Positions 50,730-64,000 of a DNA stretch of 64,000 bases are shown piece by piece. Every line of letters begins with the position of its first letter. The first letter of the stretch is position 1. The notes beneath the pieces were generated by a model. It saw only the letters and a list, made by a program, of their open reading frames with translations. It made no database searches and was not told the origin of the DNA. The stretch spans positions 38,936,001-39,000,000 of the forward strand of contig OZ024756.1 of assembly GCA_964016885.1 (NCBI GenBank). The letters are read 5' to 3'. The position numbers and the translations under genes are program-made. The DNA comes from Eledone cirrhosa. Its lineage: Eukaryota.

Positions 50730-50912
50730 AATAATTGTTTCTACTTTTGGCACAAGACCAGCAATTACCCCAGTGCATTACTGGTACTTTATTTTATCGA
50801 CCCCGTAAGGATGAAAGGCAAAGTTAACCTCGGCGGGATTTGAACTCAGAAGGGAAAGGGCCGTAACTCTATGCGTCAAAGGATGGCGCCGACCCTCTAC
50901 CAATACTGCCAA
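50730..50912 (-). mobile_element. SINE S1
   Basis: Diagnostic motifs on the minus strand. Confidence 0.85.
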
Positions 50913-52898
50913 GAATTTCGAGGTATATTTTCAGAAAAAATTGGTGAACGTTTGTATGGTATAGATTATTGATATAGTATTTCATCGATACCTATGTTTA
51001 TCGAGCTATCCAGCTTGGGTGAAATGGAAAGGCAAAATTTGAAATATTGAGAATTGAACTAACTAAAAAGAGAATCTTGATACTAAATACTGTAAGTAAT
51101 TTAGTGTGGATATCTGACATTTACGACACATCATCCCCAACAAAATATTCAGACTCTACACGACAAAAGAGAAAGATAAACAAGTATTATTGGATGTTTT
51201 GATCTACTTAATATTTTCTAAATAAATAAATAAATAAATAAATATATAGACAAATAAATATATAAATAAATATATAAATATATAAATAAATATATATATA
51301 AATAAATATATAAATATATAAATAAATATATAAATAACTAAATAAATATATATATATAGATATATAAATAAATATATATATATATAAATATATATATATA
51401 TAAATATATATATATAAATATATATATATATAAATATATATATAAAAAAGTTTTTCTTTTTATATATAAATAAATATATAAATAAATAAATATATATCTA
51501 TATATATAAATATATAAATAAATAAATAAATATATATATATATATAAATATATATATATAAATATATATATAAAAAAGTTTTTCTTTTTATATATAAATA
51601 AATATATAAATAAATAAATATATCTAAAAAAATAAAAGTTTTTCTTTTTATCGAAGGAAAAAAAAATACATCAGCATTATCGTTGAGGCTGGAGAACATT
51701 TCATAGTCGTACAACCAGTGAAATCATCTCAGTAGCTCTAAGAAGAGCCAAAATACTTGACATTTGATTATTTTTTTCCGTAATTATTTCTCCAACTTTC
51801 CTGAAGGCTAATATCCTTTAGTTGTTCTTATGCCTGATTCAAAGCATTGTATTTTCACTCCTAGTCCGAAGCAGACATCTTTGACAGATTTTAATCTTAC
51901 AGTTATTTTATGTTTTCCCAAGGTTCCAGTTTTATGTCAAAACTACGTACTTGAGATTTTTTTTTTTTTAATATTAAGTGTATTTTACTTTATTTACAAG
52001 ACTATCTACTACATAGCATCCTTGGTGTCGAATATTAAACAAAACAATCCAAGGCTTTAATTTCCTACTGAGGTATTACATTGGCTGTGTTAAGCACCTC
52101 CACACAACACAAGTAGTTTGCAAATAGTAATCGCTCTCTGGATAAACCATGAAACCATAACTTATTTAACAATAAATTCTCACAGATACGGGCAATGACT
52201 TTAGGAATGGCTTGAATTTTAAAACATTATGTCACAACTTCTCCCCTTCCCCAGCAAATCTGAGTTCTTTGCCAAGTAAAAAACTCACAACATTTCAAAA
52301 TTAAGAGGTTTTTTGTTGTATAGGATGTCTAAACATTGCCTGTAAAATCTGTCCAACGATTCTTTCCTGAGATATTCTAACCCCATGGCCATAACTGTGT
52401 GTGAGTGTGTGTGTATATATATATATGTATATATATGTATGTATGTATGTATATATGTATATATCCGGGAGAGATGACCCCTTAGCCTTTGTCAAGGCAG
52501 AATTCTAGGAGAAGGAAAACTCTGATATAACACCTGCAACCCTGATGGTATCCAATGATGTTGACTTGTTCTTCTTTTTGGTAAATATCATCTTGGTTAA
52601 GAGAGTGGGACTGGCTTTGTGCAGTGGCTTTGCTCACTATAAAAGCTTCATGGCACAGGCATTGCTTTATATCTGGAGATCTCTCTGCACTTGTCGTCAC
52701 ATGGTACCATGGGCCCAGCACTATGTGTCAATAATTGTCACAGGTGTAGTGTTTGTACCAGAGTTTTCAAGTCGCTGGCTGGACTAAAAAGTCACTCGTT
52801 CAGCGCATCGGTAGGGGTTCTCCTACATGGATATAAAGTAGTGGCCGTACTCGAAAACGAGTTGGCACCCACCATATATGTATGTATATATGCATGTA

Positions 52899-52941
<43 letters not shown>

Positions 52942-53320
52942 CCCGTAAGGATGATAGGCAAAGCTAACCTCGGCGGGATTTGAACTCAGAACGCAAAGGG
53001 CCATAACTCTGTGCTGCAAAGCAGGGTGTCCGACGCTCTACAGATACTGCCAATATACTGCCTGTTAAGTTCGGAATTAATAATGCTTTCTGATTTCGGC
53101 ACAAGGCCAGCAATATTAGGTGTGGGGGGGGGGGGGGGGTGTCGATTAAATCGACCCAGTGCATTACTGGTACTTTATTTGATCGACCGGGTAAGGACGA
53201 AAGGCAAAGCACAAGGCACACGGCCAGCAATATTAGGGGAGGGGAAAGTCGATTAAATCGACCCAGTGCATTACTGGTACTTTATTTGATCGACCTCGAA
53301 AGGATGAAAGGCAAAGCTAA
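52942..53320 (-). mobile_element. Cluster of three SINE S1 fragments
   Basis: Fragments at 52942-53052, 53080-53210 and 53215-53320. Confidence 0.75.
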
Positions 53321-53361
53321 TATGTTAATTATTATTTCCAGGGTATTTTGTTTTAATTGAT

Positions 53362-53610
53362 GGCGCATGGCTTAGTGGTTAGAGCATTGGACTTGCAATG
53401 GAAAGGTTGTGAGTTCAATTCTCGGACGGAGTGATGTGTTGTTTCCTTGAGCAAGACACTTTATTTCACGTTGCTCCAGTTTACTCAGCTGTAGAAATGA
53501 GATGATAGGACTGGGGTCCCTATCATTAAATCACCCAAGACCCCCCCCCCATGAGATATACCTTGGAGGAGGCGAGCTAAACCTGCATAGGTGGGAGCTG
53601 TCACACACAC
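53362..53610 (+). mobile_element. SINE family S2, full length
   Basis: Near-identical to the 33631 and 34489 copies. Confidence 0.85.
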
Positions 53611-53879
53611 ATTTTGTTTTAAGTGGTTTGACAGATAAGCTGTAGTTGGTGCGGTTTATCTCAATCTTACATTTGAAGAACTCATTAATCTTCCTGGACA
53701 GACTAACTTTCTTAAGTGTCCTTAATATAGTATGTCCACTGATAATAAATCATGGTTTTGGCATAGCAAGGATTCGTTCAGAGAGGATTTGACTAAAGAT
53801 GTGTAGATACACGTATACGTACATAAATAATGAAGGTATGTAGTGATAGATAAAACTTTGGAGAGAGATGTAAAGAGAG

Positions 53880-54200
53880 GGGAGAGAGAGAGAGCTAAAG
53901 CATCCCAGAGAGAGGGAGGGTGAGAAGGAGAGCGAGAGACGGAGAGAGAGAAAGAGAGAGTGAACGAGAGATAGAGAGAGAGAGAAAAAGGAAAGAGATA
54001 GATAAAGCATCCCAGAGAGAGAGAGGGGGGGTGGGGGTGGGGGGGGGGGGGGGGGAGGGAGAGAAAGAGAAAAAGAGGAAAGAGATAGATAAAGCATCCC
54101 AGAGAGAGAGAGAGAGAGAGGGGGGAGGGAGAGAAAGAGAAAAAGAGGAAAGAGATAGATAAAGCATCCCAAAGAGACGGAGAGAGAGGAGATAGATAGA
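53880..54200. repeat. GA-rich tandem repeat with a recurring GATAAAGCATCCCA core (x4)
   Basis: Core at about 53896, 54001, 54088 and 54158. Confidence 0.8.
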
Positions 54201-54682
54201 TATATATAGAGAGAGAGGGGGAGCGAAAGAAAGAAATAAAGAAAGAGAGAGAAGCTATAATGAAAGTAAAAAGACGAGAATGAGAAAAAGAAATGGTACA
54301 AGAAATTAAAGTCGTACATGGTTCAGTCTCAACTGTTGCCATAGTTACGTTAAGTTGAACGTGTTTTTATGACCAAACTAATGAGTCTAATAAGCCAAAC
54401 TGAAGAGGAAATTCACAGACTTATCTGCAATTAATTGAAACAAAATTAAAACCAAACCTAATGAAAATATCAAAATGTTTGTCTAGATTTAAAGTTAACA
54501 TGCTAGAAGTATCATTAACAATTTGGTGGATGTTTTCTGTCACAAAATAGTCAAGGTCGTATGATATACGGTTTCGTTTTGCAAACAACTTTTTCAAGAT
54601 CACTATCTGTCGTAAACGATGTCATTGCAACCTCACTGATCTTAGATTGCAGATTTCAAAGCAATTACTATGGCTGTGTGAA

Positions 54683-54785
54683 GGCGCGTAGCTTTCTGGT
54701 TAGTGGTATTCGGCATACGATCGTAAGGTTATGAGTTTGATTCCCAGCGGTGCGTTGCTCCAGTCCACTCTGCTGGCAAAAAAAA
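54683..54785 (+). mobile_element. Old, diverged tRNA-derived SINE related to S2
   Basis: GGCGCGTAGCTT...GAGTTTGATTCCC...TTGCTCCAGTCCACTC. Confidence 0.55.
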
Positions 54786-55060
54786 AATGTGTTTTACCTG
54801 AACCTGTAGTTCGAATGGATGGCCAGTCTTGTCACATTCTCGTTCGGATTCCAAACTAATGTCTTTTAAAAGCGAGACATGTTAGATGATGCAGTTCTGG
54901 ATAAAGTATATGTTGTTGGATCTCCGTCAGTACTGATGATGAGCATTTCGATTGTTTGCTCAACGAAACTGCCTACGCAGAGACATGCGTACTCTTAAAG
55001 GAATTCTCACAGAATTGCAACAAATGTTCTTATTCATAAGAAGATTTTAAAAAGGCATCT

Positions 55061-55117
<57 letters not shown>

Positions 55118-55295
55118 TATATATATATATATACATACATATATATATGTATATGTATTTATATATATGTATATATGTATATATATATGTGTATATATAT
55201 ATGTGTATGTATGTATATTCGATGTAAACAATTTGGTATTAAATATAGATTAAAACAGTTTCATAACAAACACAATTTCTTATATATATATATAA

Positions 55296-55358
<63 letters not shown>

Positions 55359-55814
55359 TATGGAAATGCTAAAGTTCCTCCTTGAAAGAACATGAGTAAA
55401 TAGAAATGAAAAAGCATATCTAAATGTCAACAAATATATACGATATATTGAAATATATATTGCTTAAGCTAATGTATATTAAAGTATGTTTATGGTATAT
55501 AGAGCTAAAGTACAAATCAAGATGAAGTATATGCAGATAAAGTATACAGTTAACATACGTAAGACAAGGAGTACTTTTGATACAAATAATGGTTGATAAA
55601 ATGTACCATACAATGACAATAGCTGAATACAATGTTATATATAGTTTGTATACCTTACGGTTTGATATTGGTATTACACACATGTATGTATTTAAAGGAA
55701 GACCAAAGCTTTTTATTTTAGAAGTTTAATATCTCTTTTTATTTTTCTACACTCGTTTTAGTATTACAAAAGTCAATCTCGTTTAGTCAAAAACTAAGTG
55801 GATATCTCAATGTA

Positions 55815-55944
<130 letters not shown>

Positions 55945-56144
55945 GTTTCGGAGACGAAGCAAGTCAAATACAATGGAGATAACTTCGGCCGTTTCTTCAC
56001 TCAATCTCTGAAAAACTAAGTTCGTATTATTAAAATTCGAAACCATATTTGGTAAAGGGCTAAAACACGTCGAAATACTGAAGTGCTTTTTCTCATCATT
56101 AAAGCATTAAACCATCAAAACATATGAATTTCTTTACATTACTG

Positions 56145-56312
56145 CAGGGTTCCCCAACATTTTTCAAACGCGGAACCCTTTTTGGATCAGAAACGTTTGG
56201 GGGAGCTCCAAAGTCTAATACTGTTATATGGTCGTAATATAAATATACTCCTCTACCTTTTTTTCACAGAACACTAGACATTCGTTTGTGGAACCCACTT
56301 TAGAAACCACTG
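56145..56312. mobile_element. hAT-type MITE with an intact 8-bp target-site duplication
   Basis: Termini CAGGGTTCCCCAAC / TTTAGAAACCACTG; CATTACTG duplicated at 56137-56144 and 56313-56320. Confidence 0.85.
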
Positions 56313-56576
56313 CATTACTGCATATATTCATGTTAGTATATCATTCCTGGGATATATCTATGAAGCAATGCAAAGCTACATGTGTTAACACACATTTCTC
56401 TGGAGACATCGAAACCTGTAAAAAATGTTTTAATCTCGTGAACACAGGACATTATTTAATTCATGCCAGAAATATCATGTTATGATATTTCACCCACACA
56501 GAATATTATTAATGTATGTGTGTGTGCATGTAGGTATGTTTCCGTGTACATATACTCTTACACACATACATAAATC

Positions 56577-56611
<35 letters not shown>

Positions 56612-56675
56612 ACATATGCATATATATACATATATATACACTCACACACACACACGAAAGCATACATATGTATTA

Positions 56676-56724
<49 letters not shown>

Positions 56725-56726
<2 letters not shown>

Positions 56727-56921
56727 CAAAGGAATTGTGGTAAGGAACCAAATGGACCATAACCACCAGAGTACTCAATACTTAGGGTAGTAGAGTGGGA
56801 AATAGGAAAAAGTATGACCCCCGACGGCAGAGCTCAAGCCGTTTCGACTGCTATTTCAGGCCTAGCCCTGAAATAGCCGTCGAAACGGCTTGAGCTCTGC
56901 CGTCGGGGTCATACTTTTTCC

Positions 56922-56922
<1 letters not shown>
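56725..56922 (-). mobile_element. Family D fold-back element
   Basis: Arms of ~56 bp around 56861-56866; (TA)n on both sides. Confidence 0.85.
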
Positions 56923-56972
<50 letters not shown>

Positions 56973-57079
56973 ACATACATATAAATAGATGTGTATTGAT
57001 ATATTCATATCCAATCATAAGTATATGTGTATATATATATATGTATATATATATGTATATATGTATATATGTATATATG

Positions 57080-57112
<33 letters not shown>

Positions 57113-57449
57113 GTATGTATATATTTATGTGCATGTTATAAATATGTATATCGTGAATGTTTGATATATGTGATTTCAAATGGGAAGTATTTGACAGGAA
57201 CTGTCAAAGAGTTGGATTCATTGAATTCCGTGAAGCCATATTGAACGGAACACGTGATAAATGGGTCGGTGACATGACAGTTGACCTTGAATGTCTTTCC
57301 GGTTATTACAAAGAGGGCATCAGGCTACAACATTCATTCACTTCTAAAACGACGAGGAACCATATAGATTGTTTTGTTTGTTGTTGTAATTGTTGTTGTT
57401 GTATAGTAAACAAATTCTGGAATGTAATATGTTTGTATGTATATGTATG

Positions 57450-57510
<61 letters not shown>

Positions 57511-57529
57511 ATATATTCTATCCTATCTA

Positions 57530-57686
57530 GGGTGGGTAAAATTCCCGAGATCCATGGACGAGTTCTCTCCAGCCGTCTCTGTCCCTCATTATCGCTGCCA
57601 TGTCCTGCGTCTCCAACAGACCAGTGTCTGTCCTTAGGGCATCAACATACGTTAATCTTGGTGTTCCTCTTCCAATGTGTCCATGT
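57530..57686 (-). mobile_element. RTE LINE 3' end, same family as 14208-14692
   Basis: Reverse complement matches 14535-14690. Confidence 0.8.
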
Positions 57687-57790
57687 ATATATATATGAAA
57701 TAGTTAGGATCTAGGTGTCTAAATGGCCGGAACTCAGCCGTCGGGGTCCTGAATCTTTTCCTATATATATATATGTGTTTGTGTGTGTGT

Positions 57791-57972
57791 ATCCCGGGTT
57801 CAATCTGGGGTAACCACAGTAAGTAAGGTACTCAATACATAGCAGAGTATATACAATATTTAATATAGAAATGGCTTCTACAGGACTAGAACTGTTTCAT
57901 TCAAAGGAAATCACCAGGAAGGCTTTCCTGAAGATTTCCTTTGAATGAAGCAGTTCTAGTCCTGTAGAAGCA

Positions 57973-57980
<8 letters not shown>
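57791..57980 (-). mobile_element. Family C fold-back element
   Basis: Arms of ~57 bp around GGCT (57921-57924); both arms contain the hammerhead-like core, each with one substitution (CTGGTGA...GAAAC; CTGAAGA...GAAGC). Confidence 0.8.
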
Positions 57981-58272
<292 letters not shown>

Positions 58273-58430
58273 TATATATTCACACAGTAGAATATCAGTC
58301 TTTCTATTTGGTAAATTGGTTGGTTATTTATTTTCAGCTTCTCCACGTTGATTTCTTACTCCCTCCTCTCTCTCACACACACATATACTCTTTTTATCTC
58401 TGTCTCTCTCTCTCACACATACTCTTTCAA

Positions 58431-58497
<67 letters not shown>

Positions 58498-58540
58498 TAC
58501 TCTCACACACTCCCTTTCACTCGCTCACTCTTTCTCTCTC

Positions 58541-58571
<31 letters not shown>

Positions 58572-58586
58572 CACACATACTCTTTC

Positions 58587-58637
<51 letters not shown>

Positions 58638-59185
58638 CACACACATACTCTTTCACCCTCTCTCTCTCACACACACATACTCTTTCACCCCCTCTCTCTA
58701 TCATACACATACTCTTTCACTCTCTATCTCTCTTACACGCACGCATACACTTTCACCCCCCCCCGCTCTCTCTCTCTCTCACACACACACACGCATACTC
58801 TTTCACTCGCTCACTCTCTCTCTCTCTCTCTCACACACACTCTCTCACCCCCCCACACAGATACCCTTTCACCCTCTCACCCCTTCTCCCTATCAGGAGT
58901 TACAGGTTGCTGGCTCCACAGACATTGGAATATTAGGATATCAAGGTGAGCAAGTCTCAACTATTACATCTCAAAACTTCAAACAATATTCCTTACATGT
59001 TCTTCTATTATTTCACCTGTTCCAGAAAGCTGGTCATCGCCCTCCTTTGGCACCGTCGTATAAACATGAAAGAAAACTATTTTCTACTTGTTAACCATAT
59101 TCTTTAGGATTAGATCTTATGACGTCAAATTGACCATCATATTTCTTTAAATACCTTTCTTTTAAACTGTCATTAAACTTATGAC

Positions 59186-59283
59186 GCCGACGTTAACTTT
59201 GCCTTTCATCCTTACGGGGTCGATAAAATAAAGTACCAGTAATACACTGGGTATTTGCTGGCCTTGTGCCTAACGTAGAAACA
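59186..59283 (+). mobile_element. 5'-truncated SINE S1 with a 14-bp TSD
   Basis: ATTAAACTTATGAC at 59172-59185 and 59284-59297. Confidence 0.85.
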
Positions 59284-59470
59284 ATTAAACTTATGACAGT
59301 CGTCAAGTGTAACACCTCGTCTCTTAACACCGGATGTCAGAAGAAATTAGTGCTTCGTACGTGAATCTTATTAGTATCTGAAATACGACTTAATTTCATA
59401 TTTTACTATCATTATAATAGAATAGATTCTCTGTAAACAATCTTCAAATTACCCCCCCCCCCCGTCTCTA

Positions 59471-59527
<57 letters not shown>

Positions 59528-59666
59528 ATAGTAGAACACAGGAGGGTTATATCTGTAGTAGTAGAGCACTCAGTCCATGGGACGAGTTTGGTAGAAGTAG
59601 TTCCATAACAGTTAGTTCACCATACCGAGAACAAATGTTTCACATGCGAATCCTCAGCTTGGTCTG

Positions 59667-59745
<79 letters not shown>

Positions 59746-60289
59746 CAAGATGATCAACTAAATACACACTTGTATGTTTTTTCTCCCAATTTATTTTCTC
59801 ATTTCTCCTGCTCCTCTCTGTCACCACTATTTACTTTCTATTTTATCTTCTATTTCTAACTCTATCTTCTGATGAACGACTAGTGTTCGAGAGGTTAAGA
59901 TTCTCTTCCTGTTATTTCAAGTAGATGCAAGAAATATATATATAATAATCGACTTTCCCGAGGGTCGATAAAATAAAGTAACAGTAACGCACTTGGGGTC
60001 GATTTAATCCACTTTCCCAGGGGTCGATAAAATAAAGTACCAGTAACGCACTGGGGTAGATTCAATCGACTTTCCCCTTCCCTTCAAATTGCTGGCCTTG
60101 TGGCAAAAGTAGAAACAAGTTACTAATAATTACCACGGGGATTTCCCTGTCGTGGCCAACGGAATGAGAATAATCTAGCTCTGTGGCTACATTGAAGGAT
60201 TCTGTTACAAACTTTGTGTTGCAACTATTTTTTTTTTAATCTGACTGATAAAATGACAAGTCAATCAATCATATTGGTGGCCTCCCCAC

Positions 60290-60735
60290 AGCCCCGGCGG
60301 ACAGAATAGAGAAGGTGTTTCCCCGGAGGACGGCAAGGGGAAAAGCGCTGGAAAAAACCATTCCAGCTCGCGAGGTTCACACCTGCAGCTGGCCAGCTCA
60401 GCATCTATGGTGGTGAGTAGGGAGGTAGCCCTAGGGCCGAGGACACCAGAAGTCTCCACTGCCAAGGGTACAACCGCAAACCTGTCGGAGAGCGACCGGT
60501 ATTTGAAGGGCTTGGCCTCCTCAGCCCGACGTGCAGCAGAACCTGGGTTAGTCGCACGGCTGCAGAAACTGTCGGTGCAAGTGGCATCCCAGACGAGGGG
60601 ATTGCCACCGCGGAATGGGAAGATGGTCATGCCATTTGGCCTTTTGCCCGTCCCTCGGTCCAGCCCCACCGGCTCAAGCTGGAAAGGGAAGCCTGCAGCC
60701 TCCAAGCCATGTTGGAGAACATTACTGAAGCTGAC
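60290..60735 (-). mobile_element. CRE-type non-LTR retrotransposon, restriction-like endonuclease domain (decayed)
   Basis: EPVGLDRGTGKRP(N)GMTIFPFRGG.PLVWDATCTDSF...AARRAEEAK.FKY..L...VVPLAVETSGVLG matches the RPD-G...D-xT...K.xKY...P.xVE REL signature. Confidence 0.85.
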
Positions 60736-60833
60736 CTTCAGTTGAAGAAAGCAACAATGGTAGAACGGCTGGAACTCTGTGATTATAACAGCCAAAACAA
60801 AGACAGTAGTTTGAATAAATCAGTGTATAATAA

Positions 60834-61242
60834 AGGTTTCTGATTTAGGCACAAGGCCAGCAAATTTTGGGGAGGGGAAAGTGGATTAAATTGACCCCAG
60901 TGCGTGACTGGTACTTTATTTTATCGACTCTGTAAAGATGAAAGGCAAAGCTAACCTCGGCGGGATTTGAATTGAGAACGTAAATGGCCATAACTCCATC
61001 CTACAAAGCATGGTGTCTGACGCTCTACCGATTACTGTCAATCCAATCAGTGTATAATAATTGTTTCTACTTTTGGCAGAAGGCCAGCAATTACTCAGTG
61101 TATTATTAGTACTTTATTTTATCGCCCCCGGCGGGATTTGAACGAGGTTAAATTTGCCTTTCATCCTTACGGGGTCGATAAAATAAAGTACCAGTAATGT
61201 ACTGGATAATTGCTGGCCTTGTGTCGAAAGTAGAAACAATTG
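60834..61242. mobile_element. Full SINE S1 (-) plus an adjacent fold-back SINE S1, sharing a triplicated target site
   Basis: CAGTGTATAATAA at 60821, 61048 and 61243. Confidence 0.8.
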
Positions 61243-61483
61243 CAGTGTATAATAATTTTAATTACTCATCTCAGAAATTAATCTTCTTTTCTTTCTTCAT
61301 CTCTCTCTCTTTCTCTCCTTCCTCTTTCTCTCTAACTATCTGTGTACCTGTATGTATATGTCTGTTTGTGAGTGTATAAGTATAGTATATATATAACAAA
61401 CATACTAATGTAGAGGCATCAATGTATATTATTTGTTTACAAACAATAATTTAGTGATACACTTTCATCATCATTTTATTCTG

Positions 61484-61833
61484 TTAGATCGCTTCTACGG
61501 CTAATATCAGTCTATTTCTTATGTTGAAATCTTCACACAGATCCAAGATCCATTCAAGGATATGTTTTAGTGATATTCTACGGTTAATATATTCCAGTAC
61601 GCTGCACAGTCGATTTGTATTTTTCAGTATACCGAATTGAGTAAAATGTTCGAAGAAACCTGAGGGTGAGACTGGACATATTGAACGCTGCGCAAACTCC
61701 AAAGTTGAATCCAAGAGTAATAGCAACACCAGAAACAAGAGTGACCGGAAGCCTAGTCGTACTAAAGCAAAAAGTAATGCAAAATAAAGAAGATAAACGA
61801 CAAGAACCGAAAGTGTTTCAGGTAGAGTCAAAC
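61484..61833 (-). other. Possible terminal exon of an unknown minus-strand gene (hydrophobic peptide)
   Basis: Non-repetitive 155-codon ORF; acceptor-like TATTTTCCATTTAAAG|G at ~61834; AATAAA immediately after the stop; no recognisable homology. Confidence 0.2.
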
Positions 61834-62360
61834 CTTTAAATGGAAAATAGTATTTTGAATTTTCCAGTAGTTGCACAAACATTTCGTTTTTTTTGTGTGC
61901 AAAAATGCAACGATGGTATATGTGTACGACTCTCTCGTTGTATAGCAGCAAAAGTTAATAATATATTGAATATCTTCTTCTTAAAGGAGGAAACCTCTTA
62001 TTTGAAAAGGGCTTCTCTTTAAAAAAATAGCCTCCGTTTGATCTCCAACATTCCTTCAAAACAATCTCCTACCTCATTACGTCAGACAACGAAAATTATG
62101 ACGTTTGATGATAATAAAAAACAAAGAAAACAATCACCAATCAATTAACATGACCTTCGAGACATTCCAATTATCCTGTCATTCTAGAAATACTATTTTT
62201 CTTATTGGGGCCAACATCTTTTAAATTTTTACTTCTGAAAATACCTTCGTGTATCATATATTAAGTAGCTTTGTTTTCTCACGAACACTGGATTTGTCTG
62301 TCTATCTATCTATTTATCTATCATCTATCTATCTACTTCTTTTCTCTCTCTCTCGCGCTC

Positions 62361-62442
<82 letters not shown>

Positions 62443-62471
62443 CCCTCTCTTTCTCTCTCTTTCTCTCTCTT

Positions 62472-62516
<45 letters not shown>

Positions 62517-62520
62517 TGTA

Positions 62521-62650
62521 TGTAAAAGGTAAACAGAAATAACAACACAATCGGTACAGTATAAGGAAGGGATATATTAGGTTAACGCTTGATATAGCAG
62601 GAAGAGGGTCTTAACGTTTCGGACGCTGGTCTTTCATCAGAAGAAAGAAT
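62521..62650 (-). mobile_element. Family A Penelope-like terminal repeat with a minimal hammerhead
   Basis: Minus strand reads TCTT-CTGATGA-A-AGAC-CAGC-GTCC-GAAAC-GTT-AAGA (62609-62644). Confidence 0.75.
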
Positions 62651-62758
62651 GATATACACACTTAATAAAATTAAAAAAGGGGAGAACAAGACAACGAACG
62701 GAAACAAAACAAAACGAAAAACATTTTTTTTAAAAGGGGAAACCTTAAAAAATTGTTT

Positions 62759-62849
<91 letters not shown>

Positions 62850-62850
<1 letters not shown>

Positions 62851-63038
62851 ACGAAGGAAATGTAGTAAGGAACCAGGTGGACCATAACGCACCAAAGTAC
62901 TCAATACTTAGGGTAGTAGAGTGGGTAATAAGAACGAGTAGGACCCCGACGGCTGAGCTCAAGCCGTTTCGACGGCTAATTCAGTCCAGAATTAGCCGTC
63001 GAAACGGCTTGACCTCAGCCGTCGGGGTCCTACTCGTT

Positions 63039-63041
<3 letters not shown>
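62850..63041 (-). mobile_element. Family D fold-back element
   Basis: Arms of ~51 bp around AGTCCA (62983-62988); (TA)n on both sides. Confidence 0.85.
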
Positions 63042-63087
<46 letters not shown>

Positions 63088-63162
63088 CGATATTTCAAAT
63101 AATTAAATGACCAAAAGAATGTATAATAAGAATTAAAGGTGTTTTATTTCAAAGTTTTCAGT

Positions 63163-63302
63163 CTGGTACTTTATTTTATCGACTCCGTAAGGATGAAAGG
63201 CAAAGTTAACCTCGGTAGGATTTGAACTCAGATCGTAAAGGGACGTAACTATGCTAGAAAGCATGGCGTCCGACCCTCTACCGATACTGCCAATCCACCA
63301 CC
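63163..63302 (-). mobile_element. SINE S1, lacking its 3' tail
   Basis: Head, B box and Meta-like centre on the minus strand. Confidence 0.8.
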
Positions 63303-63725
63303 ATTCACTGCCCTTAATAATGATAACAATAATGATGATTATTATATACATATCTCCTCTTTCTGTTTCTTAGACATTCACCTATAATTGACCTTTCTCC
63401 CCCTCACGTATGCCAGAAACGGGGGTAATATCGACTCTATAATCTATTTCTAACACATTATATATTGTTATTTTGCCAGTTTTTCCTCTATATATCCTTT
63501 TCTATAGATCTCTCTACTATCATCTAAAATTGATCATTTTTATTTCGTAATTGTTGTCTTGTTATCGATTTGTGAGTTCCTTTATTCTTGTATCTCGATT
63601 CCTTCTCCACCGCCAGATACCAATTTAAAATTCTGTCTTAGATTAATTCCTTCCTTATTCACATATCTCTCTTTCTCTCTGTGTGTGTATGTATATATAT
63701 ATGTGTGTGTGTATGTGTGTGTGTG

Positions 63726-63764
<39 letters not shown>

Positions 63765-63779
63765 GGGTGTGTATATATG

Positions 63780-63869
<90 letters not shown>

Positions 63870-63872
<3 letters not shown>

Positions 63873-63967
63873 AGTCCCCCCAAAAATGTATACACACTTC
63901 AACAGCATTCTAATAGATATTGCCTGTACAGGTAATCAAAGTGTGTATACATTTTTTGGGAAACCCT
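63870..63967. mobile_element. ~100-bp Tc1/mariner-type MITE
   Basis: TIRs ...CCCAAAAATGTATACACACTT / AAGTGTGTATACATTTTTTGGG..., flanked by TA. Confidence 0.75.
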
Positions 63968-64000
63968 ATATATATATATATATATGTTTGTATGTATATA

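Noticed and set aside
52691-52800. Isolated C2H2-like peptide CSVCTRVFKSLAGLKSH
   Set aside because: Resembles the terminal zinc knuckle of RTE-type LINEs and lacks exon context; not called as a gene

Overview
Eukaryotic animal DNA, most likely an octopod cephalopod. This assignment is inferred from the extreme (TA)n/(CA)n/(CT)n microsatellite load and the tRNA-derived SINE families. The first 10 kb is one uninterrupted reading frame that is already open at the left edge. It encodes at least 8 copies of an unusual zinc-finger module (YKKPSRPCPFCGxMQAKLxRHIKLKHKxExRV...FKKEGI, usually followed by a CxxC...H...C finger), plus polyQ/H, polyP and polyS tracts. The remaining 54 kb appears essentially non-coding. 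It holds microsatellites, two SINE superfamilies, RTE and CRE-type LINE fragments, mariner/hAT MITEs and small satellites. The most striking hidden structure is a set of about seven short element families that nearly always sit in (TA)n tracts. Several carry hammerhead-ribozyme cores (CUGA-N-GA...GAAA), and many copies are fold-back palindromes or clean inversions with family-specific breakpoints. This fits Penelope-like, retrozyme-type elements inserting by twin priming on TA microsatellites. Also notable are a palindromic element carrying two convergent tRNA-like Pol III units and six perfect CRE sites (TGACGTCA). Repeat coordinates were read by eye and may be off by a few bases.
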